A program made the position numbers and the translations under genes. Positions 10,901-23,494 of a DNA stretch of 64,000 nt are shown here, piece by piece. Every line of letters starts with the position of its first letter. Position 1 is the first letter of the stretch. The DNA is taken from NCBI GenBank assembly GCA_965112155.1, contig OZ218111.1. One strand, written 5' to 3'. This DNA is from Podarcis liolepis (lineage: Eukaryota). The notes under the pieces are model-generated. The model was given only the letters and a program-made list of their open reading frames with translations. It searched no databases and was not told the DNA's origin.

Positions 10901-13900
10901 AAAATACATCCGGAAGATTGGCTCATTTGATGAGACATGTACTAGGTTTTATACTGCTGAAATTGTGTCTGCATTAGAGTACTTGCACGGAAAGGGAATC
11001 ATTCACAGGTAATGTAATGAATTCAAATCCATCTATTCTTGGTTCTTGTTGCTGTTGTCATAGTTACCGTTTGTTGCCCTCCTGATAGATTTCTCCTGGT
11101 GGCTCAAAACTCAAAAGTTCCCATAGCAAGCAAGCAGTGTCTTAGGTACCTTTGTTGAGACTTCCTGGCTTTCCTGCATTCCTCACCTGTGGCGACACCA
11201 GCCTAGTTAATTTGGCACAATGCATTGGTGCCTTGGAGTACAAAGTATCCAGATGGGGATTTTGGACAGTTGAAATCTCTCTCTCTCTGTCGCCTTTTGC
11301 CTTGGTTGTTTTTTTTTGTAGAGGAGAGGGACGTCCCATTCTGCCAGGTCGCTAGCAGAGTAAATGTAGCGCCTCTTCCATACACTTTGCCTGCCTGCAG
11401 CAGAAGGCAGAAAAGAAGAACTCAGCATGATCTAACATTCAGATTTGCTCCATGTCCCCCTGCTGCCTAGTCCCCTCCTACTCACTTGGGAAGCAGCTCC
11501 CAATACCAGGCAGAGGAGCAGGTAGGAATCTACTTCAAACCTACCAGAACAGGCAGAGACAGTAAAGGCCAAAGGACAGGCTTAATTTCCTAGATAGCTG
11601 CTGTTACTTTAGAAGCCTGGGGGAGAATCAGCTTTCCATGGTTAGGGCATTACATTGACAACTCGGGATTTCCCCAGGGGACACAAATTGTTGGTGAGGA
11701 CATGACTCTATGCATGCATGGCTCATTCCCAGCTGTGCCTTTTGCAGGGACCTGAAGCCAGAGAACATTTTGCTCAGCGGAGACATGCACATTCAGATTA
11801 CAGACTTTGGGACAGCAAAAGTATTGTCTGCAGACAGCAAGCGAGGTGGGTGCAATTTCTCAACCTGTCAACGACTAAAGCAACCTTCTGCAGTTTCAAA
11901 TTCCTTAAAACTGACCACAGTATCCGATGCTACGTCTCAATGGGGTTTATGACGGTTCTTTACTGAGTAAAGGTAAGATGGCTATACCGCAGGAGATGAC
12001 ATCAGAGAGGAAACCTGCGGGGTTACTAAAATGGGGCAGCTGAAATCAGGTGATAGTGGGGTGCCCATGGGGTGAAATACTGCTTAGTAATGCTTAGTGT
12101 TGAGGGGGCGGGGAGTGTTTGAAAAACAATAGTCATTATGTAATATTGGGTGCCTACAAATATAGTTAAATAAAAGCTGATGAAATTTGAATTGCACAAC
12201 AAAAGTGAAAGCATTGTTTCCAAATGAACACATCCAAGCCTTCATGAGGACCTTGTAAGGACATTTTTAATGATTAAGTGCTTACTTGCATCTTGGTTTC
12301 TTCAGCACGGGCGAACTCCTTTGTTGGGACAGCACAGTATGTGTCTCCAGAGCTGTTAACAGAGAAGTCTGCCTGCAAAAGGTGAGTTACATACGTTGCC
12401 TTTGTAGAGGAGTTTTATGACAGAGAGAGAGATCTTCAAGGCAAATGGGTGAGGCCTATTTCCATTAGGGTGTACCCCATTCTTGTGCCTCAGTGCCTCC
12501 TGCATAATCAACACTGAAAAATTTTAAACAGCATGACAATGGCTCTTAGGATTGCTTTTGTCTATTTTTATGTAACATGAATAGTTCATTAGCCCTTGGA
12601 TTTAACATAACATACCAGCAAAACATGAGAGAAGACGTTCTAAGCATTGTCATCATGTTTTCTTGCTGCAATCTCTTGCCGCTTTACTTGGTTTGTACAT
12701 TAAACAAGACAGAGAACAAGAAAGCTCTGTGTGGGCCATTTAATTTATTTCTATTTTTTAAGCACATATTTAGCTTGGGATCTTCCTCAAAGGGCTGTAT
12801 TGGGACCTGGGCCTGGGCGATATATCAATATATTGCCCAGGACTGGTCCTTCCTCCAGCAGGCACTGCTAACACAGGGACTCGGGAGCAGTGGCGGTTTC
12901 ACCAGCGATATACCGCTGAGTGAAGCCAACATCGCGGTCTGCTCCTCATACTAGTCCCGGGCAATATATCAATATATCACCCAGGCCTAGGTCCCAATAC
13001 AGCCCTTATACAACCGAGAGGGAGAAACAAGCTCTATTGGCGAGGCGCCGATACAGCTGTTTCCTCCCTATGCATCTTTCAACTCCTTGGCTGAGGAGTG
13101 TGCAGCTATCCTTTCCTTAGTTGAGCAGTTAAAAGAGCCCCCAGCCCAGCGCAAACAAGTTGCATTGTCCTAGCCCATGAGTCTCGGTGAAACTGCCTCA
13201 GCACTCGAGGTGAGAGCTGGGGCAGTTTCACCCAGTGTTTTTCAGGGAGAGGCCAATGCATCTTGTTTTTTCAGCATCGCAGTATGTCACCAAACTGCGA
13301 TGTTTGGCTGGCGATACACTGCGTTATTGAAAAGCTGATATTGCTCAGCCCTATTGGGACCTTGCTGAATTCTCTCTTCTGCTGTTTCCGTCCTTCCTGT
13401 GGGAGCCTAACCCAGGATGAGGAAATACATAGATCTGGTTCAGGAAGTGCACAGTGGCAGCTTCTGCATCAGATCCTTGGGAAACGCCCAGGGATAAACA
13501 CCTTTTCTTCAAGGTGCCTTTACCAGGCATTCCGAGTAAATTAGAGTCTGATACTCCAGGGGAATTTGCAGCTCTGCCTGAAAGGGAATGTGTTGTATGC
13601 TTTTGTTGTGGGTGCCTAAACTAGGAGATGGTGACATTGGATATGCCCACAGTGCTAACTCTTCTGATTTGCCTTCTCATCTTTTTGCCTGTCTTGATGA
13701 TGAAGTTCGGATCTGTGGGCTCTTGGCTGCATCGTATACCAGCTTGTAGCAGGATTACCACCATTCAGAGCCGGGTAAGATTTTGGAACACACCAGTGCC
13801 AGACTTCCCACCAAGTTAGTGTTTGCCTGTGTACCCATAGGGTGGTATAGTTTCAACCTTGAAGTAGACTTATAGGAAATGTTTGCATAGATGTAACTAT

Positions 13901-16900
13901 ACTTTTCCCCATCCTTTTTGCAGAAATGAATATCTCATATTCCAGAAGATAATCAAATTGGAGTATGAATTCCCAGAGAAGTTCTTTCCGAAGGCAAAAG
14001 ATCTCGTAGAAAAGCTTTTGGTAAATGAATTGTATTGTCAAAAGTTTCCAATCCATGCTAGAAGCCTCCAGTCAGATAACTTGCACAAAATGTGGTACTC
14101 ATTGCTGCTGTTCTACCCCAGCCGGTGTTTTGGCCCTCTAGGCTTCAGAGTCCTGCCCCCCCCCCCCAACTGTTGCCCCTTTGACTTGTTCCCTGTCCCT
14201 CCTGCTTTTCCACAAAGCATCTTCAGGGCCTTGTTTCTTAGTCCCCACTGCCTTCCCATGGGATTTTCTGCCCTTTCGCTTACTAGCCTCACCCCGACCC
14301 ACAGATAGACTCCTCTATACCTTGTATTGAGGTATTAATTTCCAGCTAAGGCCCCCCTACTTTCCCTCTCTTCATGGAACTAGACTGTTAGCTTGGTTCC
14401 CAAACTAGCTGGAACTTTTCAGTCAGTTGGTGTTCAAGATTTTAGCACCACAATACCATATGATACAGATGTCAGCCTCAAGGCCAGCAACCAGCATTCC
14501 TTTCCTTCCTGCCTGTCTCCTTCCACCTCTTTTCTCTTTTAATTGGCCACTTGCCTCCCACTTGTTCCAGGAAGCAAGTTGACTTCATGACCAGTTCCTT
14601 GAGAGGATGTCTATCCCGTTGCTTTACACCAGCTAAACCTATACAAGCCTTTGTTTCACGGGTTATTGCAAAAGCCCCTTGTGAATCACCATGAAGGGGT
14701 ACTTGGAGAAGAAATCTCAATTGTCCTCCTTCTTCCTGGAATCTCGCTTCTACTAGGTACATCAAAGGTCCCACATTAACAGATTGTCCACAGAGGTGGA
14801 CTGACGTGAGTCACCAAGATCTGAAATGACAGGGAGTGGAGCCAGAGACGCCCCATGAGTCTTTCCAGGGAAAATGTAACTGTGTCTTCACCTAACCAGG
14901 TCCAAGATGCTACCAAGAGGTTAGGCTGTGAAGAAATGGGAGGATATGAGCCCTTGAAGGCCCACCCCTTTTTCGACTCCATCACCTGGGAGAATCTGCA
15001 TCTTCAGACACCACCCAAGCTCACTGCATATTTGCCCGCAATGTCAGAAGATGATGAGGATTGCTATGGAAATGTAAGTGCAGGCTTTGATACTGATGCC
15101 AGGGAAGATCCTGAAGGGCAGTTTGCCCTTGTGAGTGCCTCACATCCTTCTCCATCCATCTCAGCAGTCGCAGTAGGAGTGCCCATCTTGATCTACCATG
15201 CTCCATAAAGGTCTTTTCAATACCTTTGCATCCTTCAAGGGAGAAATAGGCCTCTAGTTCTTGCTCTGGTCTAATCCTTGGCTCCTTTGTCACCCTCACT
15301 TTCACTTGTAAAGTTCACATGACCAGAGGGTGAGAGCAGATACTGAGCTGAAAGCAGAGCTCCTTCCCAGCTTCCTCCCTCTCTCGCAGAATTTCTGCAT
15401 GCAAGTGGAGGGTTAAAGAGTGATACATGGATGTACTGTGAGGAGATAATGAAACAAAGCAAGTAAAAGGAAATGTTCTAGTTTCCAGCTGGTTAAAAAT
15501 ATGGGATCGCTGGTGAAATTTGTGAAAGAGATAGAGGCTTTAAAATTTGGAGATGGGGATTTTTCTGATACATAGATTTAATCAATCAAGGCAGGACTAT
15601 TGATCATTCAGAAATTAGGAGAAATTTGAATCCAACAAACCTTCCCCCCCCCCTTTGGCTTGAGTGTCTTAACGTAAAATGGGTAATAAATTATGTAGAT
15701 AGTGAATCAAGAAATGAGGCTGCTACCCGAGCCCCCTCATCTGCCATATTGGGGGTGGGTAGCATGGATGGATAGGGCAGAAATCTCCTTCTGCTGTTCA
15801 GAGTGGCCTCAGCAGCACTCCTCCAGCACCACTGAATTTCTCATGCTGCCTGCCAAATGGGGTGTTCTGGAGAGGGAGGACTGAACTGGCTCCACTGCTG
15901 TCAGCAGTCCCAGGGTGGACTGTAGAGTGGAGCAAGGGTTTGTTTGTCCCCACATCTGTCCTGGTTGACATGTGCAACTGATGGAGCAGTGGCTATGCTG
16001 CCCATCACACTCTCCTGTGCCTTACCCAGATTGGGTGAGGATTGCTCTGAGGAAATTAGCTGATTTGGGGAAATTAGGTCAAATAACCCTTTATTACGAT
16101 GCAGAGTGATATCCAGTGTCTCAGTGTCATATTCAATAGTAGACCCATTGAAATCACTCTACTGGAGCCTCTTGATTTAAATTGGCCTCTTACGACTTGT
16201 AAATCACCCATAAAATTTAGTTAAATAGCTGCAGAATATAGGTAAAATCATTCCAATGAAAATCTTGGGAAGCCTACTGATTTTCTTAAGTATAACTGGA
16301 AAGGAAAATACAAAAAGTCCAGTACAAGCATGTGCTGGAAGTGTCAACAGGAGAAGGGAGGTGGTTATTATTAATGCTATTATTCAAAAGTGGAAGCAGA
16401 TCAAGCATTTTACTATCTATATGAAACCTCTCTAGGTCTTGTCCTTACTAAATTGTGTTGAAGCCTCAGTGAGACAGAGCACGAGGAATTAGTCCCATTT
16501 GTGAATTGAAGCAAGAATGTTTTTAAGCAAAGAAATGGAGAATATCACTAACAGCAGAACAAGTGGCCAGAAAATGAATGGGATTTTGCCTTGATGGCAA
16601 AAGTGATGTACTGAGTAAAATAAAAGATAGCCACACAGTTACCGTATTTTTCCGTGTATAAGACGATTTTAAGCCTAAATTAAGAAATAAATAATCACAA
16701 CATTCTATGTATAAGACGCAACCCCCCCCCCCAATTTTAAACTATTTTTTGGGGGGGGAAATATAGTATTATACACGAAAAAATACAGTATTTTATGATA
16801 CTGTATGTTGGAAGCCATTTGTTTTCTTGCAGATGAAATGTGTAGCTTTCCTAAAGTATGGGCTTACAGTGTTTATACAGCGTAAGTACATGATAGTACT

Positions 16901-19667
16901 ATTAGCATTTAAAGAGAGCATTCAGAATAATAAATAACATTGATTATATCCATTGTTAGTCACATTCATTGGCACATCTAATTTAGATCCATTAATGTTG
17001 CTGGATTTACTCTTGAAGACAACTTGAATATTATGTTGGCAGAAATATTGGTCAGAAGAAAAGGGTAAGATGCCACATACTTTCCCCCCATTTATTCTGA
17101 AAACTATCTTTCTTGTTTTGATAGTATGACAATCTCCTGAGTCAGTTTGGCTGCCTGCAAGTGTCTGGCTCCGCCTCTTCTCAGTCCTTGTCTTCCCCGG
17201 AGACGTCCACCCCACCAACCTCAGGCAGCAGCAACAACATAGAGCAATACATTCACAACCTCGACAGCAATTCCTTTGAGCTGGACCTCCAGTTCTCTGA
17301 AAAGGAGAAAAGGTTACTCTTGGCAAAGCAGGCTGGTGGAAATCCCTGGTAAGCACTGCGGGGTGTGGGGGTTTTTTTCCATAGAGTGGTTTATGCAAAT
17401 GTGTGTGCACGCATGTGCTTGCACTTGCTTTCTCTCCCCCCTCTCGAGTGACGTCCTGCTCCACAAATAAAGTTCAGCTTCATCAATCTTGCACCTCACT
17501 TGCGTGTTCCTAACAATGGAGGGTGGCAGAAACTCGGGCTTTAGAAAAGGGGGAACCAGGACCATTTGAATTCGCCAGAGCTTAGAAATGCAGCCAATTT
17601 CTGCCATGGGATCTGACCCAGAGCTGACAGTCCCATAAAAGTGCTGCTAGAGACCTTTTTCCTCTGCGCGCTGAGCACAATGCCCTTAGCAGGGAGCGCC
17701 CATCTGGCTGCTGGCTACTTTTCCTCCTCTCACTGACACTCTGTCTCTAAAAGCCTGTAAGTGGATAGCTTGGCAATGAATGATGGATTGATGGAAATAA
17801 CACAAGGTGATGTTTTCTTCTCAGGCACCAGTTTGTAGAAAATAATCTAATACTGAAAATGGGTCCAGTTGACAAACGGAAGGTAAGTCACCTTATCCTG
17901 TGCCTCGGATTCATTCTTTAAATGATTGTACAGTGGTACCTCAGGTTAAGTACTTAATTCGTTCCAGAGGCCTGTACTTAACCTGAAACTGTTCTTAACC
18001 TGAAGCACCACTTTAGCTAATGGGGCCTCCTGCTGCTGCTGCGCCGCTGGAGCACGATTTCTGTTCTCATCCTGAAGCAAAGTTCTTAACCTGAAGCACT
18101 ATTTCTGGGTTAGCAGAGCCTGTAACCTGAAGCGTATGTAACCTGAGGTACCACTGTACTTGTGAGTCTAAAGTGCTTGGGGATATGAAATAAAAAAACC
18201 TGCAGAGTAGTGGAGGGGAAAGAAACATATACTAAGAGAAACCAAAAGCAGATTATCCAAATGTAGTAGTTTGTGGTGGGGAGTGTAACCCTGTTTGTTC
18301 TCCTTGACCTCCACATTTCATAATTTTATTTGTATGCTCTTCCATGTGTACCAGGTGGTGGGTAATAGGTAACAGGAAAAAAAATAAAAAAACCAGTGGG
18401 GAGGGAGGGGGGCCTTCTAGTGTTTTGCAGAGCCTGCCTTATATTTGACTATCCCCCCACTAGACAGAAGTCGTGGGTGTATCTAGAGTACAGTGAGCTC
18501 CAGGAACAAGTTGGTTCCCAGACCTGGAAACAGCAAAAGAGGTAGAGAGAGTGTTGGATGGGGTCTTCAGGAGGTCCCACTCCCATGATGACAGTTCCCC
18601 TGCTGTCATAGGGAATGAGGGTCTTGGGGAAGGAGAGCGTTGCCTAGGAGAGAGTTTGAGCTTTGAAGACCTTTCATCATTTGTCCAAAATTTGGTTTGG
18701 AGACTGTTGCAGGAAAGGCAAAAAATAGAATAGGTACTTCCCCTTCCTCGTCCTGTGAGCTGGTTGTGCTGCATATGGTAATGGCAGAGAGGCAAAGGAA
18801 ACTAGCTGCTCAGAAGATGCTGTGATTGATCCCTTTGTGCTCTATAACAAGAGCTTTCTTGACCCTTTCTTTGAAGCTGCTGACCTGCAGCGCTGGCTTA
18901 GCTCTAAGTGTTGTGTCCTCCTCTGCAGGGGCTCTTTGCTCGCAGGCGCCAGCTGCTGCTCACTGAAGGGCCACACTTGTACTATGTGGACCCTGTCAAC
19001 AAAATTCTGAAAGGAGAAATCCCTTGGTCGCTGGAACTCCGGCCGGAAGCCAAGAACTTCAAGACCTTCTTTGTTCACACAGTAAGTGACCTCTTCCTGC
19101 TGACAAGTTCTGACTTGACTGGTCCTGTTCTGTGGGCTCTTGCAGGTGTGGTATTAGCAGGGCCCATTCAGCTGCCAGTGCTACCTGGGAGGTGCTGGAG
19201 GTGTTGAGGAAGGTGCTGGAGGTGTTAATTGGCTGTGGGATCCTTTCCCTTTTTTGAAAAATGGATCTAGAACTTCCTGATGTAGCAGCTCCCCAGTAAC
19301 ACAGCTCCACACACTGATGACTCTTGTACCTTCCCAGGCCAGAGTTGGCTCACACAGCCACCCCTGCCTTTTAATAGCTCCTGCCCATTGTCTGGTTTTT
19401 ACAGTGGGAGACTTCTGATGTACAAAGTGCTGTGTGCAGCCTTCATCCCCAGGGGAGGGAGGGGAGGCCCAAGCCCATGCATTGCCTGCTGGCCTTGGTC
19501 AGCTTAATTAGGTTCTTGCTGCAGGAATGAGTAGGCACTAAACCTTTGTTTACTTGTAGCCTAACAGGACATACTACCTGATGGACCCAAGTGGGAACGC
19601 TCATAAATGGTGCAAAAAGATACACGAGGTTTGGCGACACATATACCACCAGAACACTGCGAAATGA
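4321..19667 (+). CDS. PDPK1: 3-phosphoinositide-dependent protein kinase 1 (PDK1), 14 coding exons, 553 aa
   Basis: Exons: 4321-4344, 8254-8508, 9303-9345, 9557-9694, 10864-11008, 11748-11845, 12306-12381, 13706-13774, 13924-14020, 14900-15073, 17125-17348, 17825-17882, 18929-19081, 19560-19667 (1662 nt, frame intact, GT-AG introns). Motifs: MASTGSPL|[44 protein letters not shown], and a C-terminal PH domain ([30 protein letters not shown]). Confidence 0.98.
9695..10863 (+). other. PDPK1: U12-type (minor spliceosome) GT-AG intron 4 of PDPK1
   Basis: 5' splice site GTATCCTT at 9695; branch site TCCTTAAC at 10845-10852; AG at 10862-10863; no polypyrimidine tract; splicing restores the DDEKL-Y-FGLSY frame. 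Confidence 0.93.
10206..10718. mobile_element. non-autonomous Tc1/mariner(pogo)-like MITE inside the U12 intron
   Basis: TIRs CCGTATTGGCCCAAATATAAGCTGC / GCGGCTTATATTCGGGCCAATACTG flanked by TA; internal repeated units CCAACCAGCTGGGAGG and GCTCCCTAGCTGCTTGGC. Confidence 0.85.
12808..13353. mobile_element. non-autonomous hAT element with 8-bp TSD
   Basis: Termini TGGGCCTGGGCGATAT...ATATTGCTCAGCCCTA; perfect TSD TTGGGACC at 12800-12807 and 13354-13361. Confidence 0.8.
16642..16788. mobile_element. short pogo/Tigger-like MITE
   Basis: TIRs CCGTATTTTTCCGTGTATAAGAC / GTATTATACACGAAAAAATACAG with TA flanks. Confidence 0.8.
17931..18156. mobile_element. Tigger/mariner-like MITE (CAGTGGTACCTC family)
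   Basis: TIRs CAGTGGTACCTCAGGTTA / TAACCTGAGGTACCACTG, TA TSD, internal TTAACCTGAA repeats; inverted sister copy at 63430-63644. Confidence 0.9.
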
Positions 19668-22600
19668 GACTGCCCCCCCCAGTGCCCTGCCTCCCTCCTT
19701 GCTGCTAGAGCGCCACATGCTCCCAGCCTGAGGACTCTTCCCAGCCCAGCCTACATCCATCTCCAGGGCCAAAACTAGTTCCTTCTCTAAGGAAAAGCCC
19801 AACCAATGGAATTCAGGGTCGCTTTGCTTGCTTTTGTGCTTCTGTTGAGGCTTCCAAACACACACACACACTTGCACAGCTCTCTTTGCTGCCGTGAGAG
19901 ACTCCCTTGGCTTCTGCTGCAAACTGCTGACTTCAGTGTAGATGAGTTAAGCCAAGCCACGCGCACAGCCCAGATCATGTGGGGCGGGATTATTACTGTG
20001 ACTTTCCGATTTTATCATGCAACTGTGTTTCGTCAGGGAGCTTTGAAACATCTCCGTGTGAGAGGCCACCATTGTTTCTGCTGCCACTTCCTCCCTTCTA
20101 GTTGGTCTCTAGTTGGTATCCAGCACTTGTAACCGCTGCTGCAAGCGGATGGATGCCCTTGCCGAACCCTTCAGGCCGTGTCCAGTTGCAGGATTCTCCA
20201 TGGATGGTACTTCTAATTGCATGTTTTGCAGATAGATACACTCCGGCACAGGTGGTAAGAGAGGGAAAATTTGAATGTGGCACTTAATCCTGGAAATCAA
20301 ATTTCATACAATTTTAAACATGGAATTTTAATTTGATGCATTTACATGTTGAACTAAGGAGCATTAAAGTTACCAGCATGCTTTTAACTAATACTAACTG
20401 AGAGGTTGCCTAGTTAGTACCAAGCTGTATTGATGTAGTAAATAGACTCTTCACCTTTTCCGAAGAGGGGGAGGGGGAGCAAGCTGGTTCTTTCCAGGGT
20501 GGAGCACTGCAGGGGGCTGGCCTGTTGTGCCTGGGGAGAGAAGCGCGGTTGTACAACTGATGACTTGATTTGTTGTCTCTTTGTATAATGAGGTGTACAA
20601 ATATATTCCTGTCTTGTTCAATGGCAAAGCGTCAGACCTTTTAGCAACTTTGAAACTATTTTACATGATTTAAATATATTTAAGCCCCTCCACTAATCAG
20701 ACTAATTGTTGTGTTTATGTAAAAATGTTGATACAAAGGAGGGGAAGTGTATGGTACTTGAGTCATATCTATCAAATGTTTCATATCGTTCTTTTGTCCT
20801 TTTCCTATTAAACTGTTATGGTCAAACATTTCTTGTAACATAGCAAAGATATTGCTTTCTCACTGCAAGCATTCTTTCTCTATGGTGTGCTCTGATATCT
20901 GGGTAGCCTAAGCATTTTTGCAAGGAGGGGAACAGGTTCTTGCCCAGACACCAGTTCTCTTCCTCACCCCCCAAAAGTACTGGTACCACTTCTGTTCACT
21001 TTTCACTTGTACCGTAAGAGAGAATATTTCACTAGTGCTGAGCAAGAGTTGTCAGATTTAGGTTCCATTTTGAAGGTGAGGGTTTCTCTTGCCCTTAAAG
21101 TCAGGAGTAGACTTGGAAGTGGAGAGTGTCTGGTTGTTGCTGGAAAGAAGAGAATCCGCTCTTTTCAAAGTTCCACCAGCACAAGGTGAATAGCACTTCT
21201 GGAGCAGATGAGACTGGTGTGCTGTTATCTCTAGTCCTGTCTACAAGTTGGACCATTTTTCCTGTAAAGCTTTGACACACCCATGTGTTTGTTCATACAT
21301 GCACACTGTCTGCAATAGCCATCACATGGAACATGGATGTATTCTTTTCCTGCAGCCAGGCAATGCAACCATGACTCTTAACAAGCCACCAGAAGTAGTG
21401 GAGCCAAGTAGAAGTGCTTTTGGCAGTGAGAATCCCCTTTCAACAGCTGTCAGTCATGCTGGTTGTTTTTCTTCCTTCCCCCCACCCCTTGGTAAAACTG
21501 AATCCCATTGGGTGAAAGCAAGTGGCAAGTTAGCATCACACACAACTGTGTTAGATTGTCTCAGGAGAGGTGCTGGGAAGCTCCTCTCTGGAAAATGATG
21601 ACACACACAGATTTGACTTCTCCCATGGATGATAATTGTTCTGCACAGTTCATCTCTCTAATGATTCAAGGAGTCTTTCTAGTAAGAAATGTCCAGCGAC
21701 ATGATTATGTTGGCAGAACTGCTCTGCGACTGCACCAGAGGACACATTTTTCTGCTTGGCTTGCCTAAATTTGCTGGCTGCATCCTGCTGTTTACTTGGA
21801 TTAAGAGGAAGCATCTCTGCCCCATTAAAAATGGTGTCCCATCTCTTCCTGTCAAGCAGTCTCTCCCAGCCTTGAGAAGAGCCAGTGGGAGGACCATAAG
21901 AACAATAGCACTAAAGGGCAATAGTCAGTTTGGACCAAGAGGGAACAAACAGGAGGAGCAGAGAAGGGAAAAGAGATCCAGACATCTCACTTTAACAGCA
22001 GGTCTAAAGCTTCGAAAGGCAAGAGAGCGGAAATGCTGGTTCAGGTGGCTGAGTGGACACCTTTAGAATAGGTGATAATATAATTCAAGTCTGGACTAGG
22101 GTTGAGGTATCTAGTTAACAGCACTCTCCATACTCTTGCTCTCAACTAAATCATCTCTCTTCAGCCACTTTCAGGACAAGTGCAATAGTCTTAAAAGCCG
22201 TGTTTGTCACAGTTCACACTGCTGCAAATATTAGACCTTGGGAGGCGGGTAGCATTTTGCTGCTGCATTTGACTGGATTTCTAAACTGCTTTAAGGGTGG
22301 TTGTGGTTGTTGTTTTTACAATCAAGTGTATATAAATAAACCACACATAAGGCTGAGTATTTTGGAAAAGTTCTGTTCGAATTACCACATAGACAACACC
22401 ATCAGGTATTTGGTCCATGAAGACAAGCTGGGTCTGCTAACTCGTAAAATGCTGGCACAAACCTTTTGTGCCCCAAACCCAGTCTCTGACTCTGCTTCTC
22501 ACTTGCCTCAGATTCACCCATCTTCTGCATTGTGAAAGAACTAGAATTGTTTGGAAGCTTCCCATCAATTAAGGAGCAAACTAATGTGTGAAAAGCTTGT

Positions 22601-22807
22601 TTCAGTTTATGCAAACTTGTTTCTGAAGTCCATGAAGCTCAAAGTGAAAGTTCCAAATGGGAAGCTCTGGGTTTTTCAGGCATTAATTCTGGTTATAGAA
22701 ATAAACATGAGACCTAGGTTAGTATATTCAGTGATGAATTATTTCATGGGGTAGTGATATAAATTAGCTTGGGATAGCTAATTCTTGTCTACAATTATTA
22801 TAAGCAA

Positions 22808-22898
22808 TTGCAACCTTTTGGTATGCATGGTACTTAGAAGCAAATCCCACTGAGTCTATGGGACCTACTCCCAGGTAAGTGTACATAGGAGTGCACAT
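22808..22898. repeat. short quasi-palindromic MITE-like repeat in PDPK1 3' UTR
   Basis: TACTTAGAAGCAAATCCCACTGAGTCTATGGGACCTACTCCCAGGTAAGTGTACATAGGAGTGC; related copies at ~54212-54310 and ~54505-54582. Confidence 0.6.
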
Positions 22899-23082
22899 AC
22901 TTTTAAGTGGTGATCAAGCTGAACTCTCCAATAGTAAAAGTTGTAACAATATCCAGTTTTATTGCTACTTCATAGTTACATTATAGGGGTATTTATTTCT
23001 GAGCTTTTTTCTCTTAAAAATTGAGTTCCTTCTGTTGCTGCATGATGATGCTTATGTCTGCATACTGTTTCTAATCCCAGAT

Positions 23083-23243
23083 AATAAAACCCTCCTGTTT
23101 ATTATGGTGATTGTTTCAAGTTTCAGCTTTTTTATTTCCTCATTTCTTTCTAAGTGGAAAACCTAAGAGTTGTATAACTTAAGATGCAGGAGCTTGCAGT
23201 TTCATCTCTAACACACAGCATTTGTATTGCATGTTTAAATAAA
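23083..23243 (+). terminator. candidate polyadenylation signals of a ~3.6 kb PDPK1 3' UTR
   Basis: AATAAA at 23083-23088 and 23238-23243 at the end of a U-rich UTR-like stretch, before the repeat-rich intergenic DNA. Confidence 0.5.
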
Positions 23244-23453
23244 ACATCTGCGCTTCATTCACGTTCCCAAAATAGCAAAGCAAATTTAGGTTTGGATAAG
23301 TAAACATTGCATATTCCATGGTTCAAAACTTCTGAATTCCCCTATCTGCATTACATATTGCCAGTATGGAAACTGCTGAAGAAAAACGTTGATCCATCTT
23401 TAAAGCCATGTCTTCCTGTATCAATCTGGCAATGGATTGGGAGTTGGGAGACA

Positions 23454-23455
<2 letters not shown>

Positions 23456-23490
<35 letters not shown>
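23456..23490. repeat. (CT)n microsatellite
   Basis: ~17 CT units. Confidence 0.95.

Positions 23491-23494
<4 letters not shown>

Noticed and set aside
11987-12020. Hammerhead ribozyme (GATGA...GAAAC)
   Set aside because: Lacks the CUGANGA core, a stem II and the three-way junction; kept only as a simple hairpin.
18460-18795. ORFs and a possible extra exon in PDPK1 intron 12
   Set aside because: In-phase frames from the nearby acceptors stop within 10-25 codons, there is no recognisable homology, and inclusion would break the PH domain; no further support.
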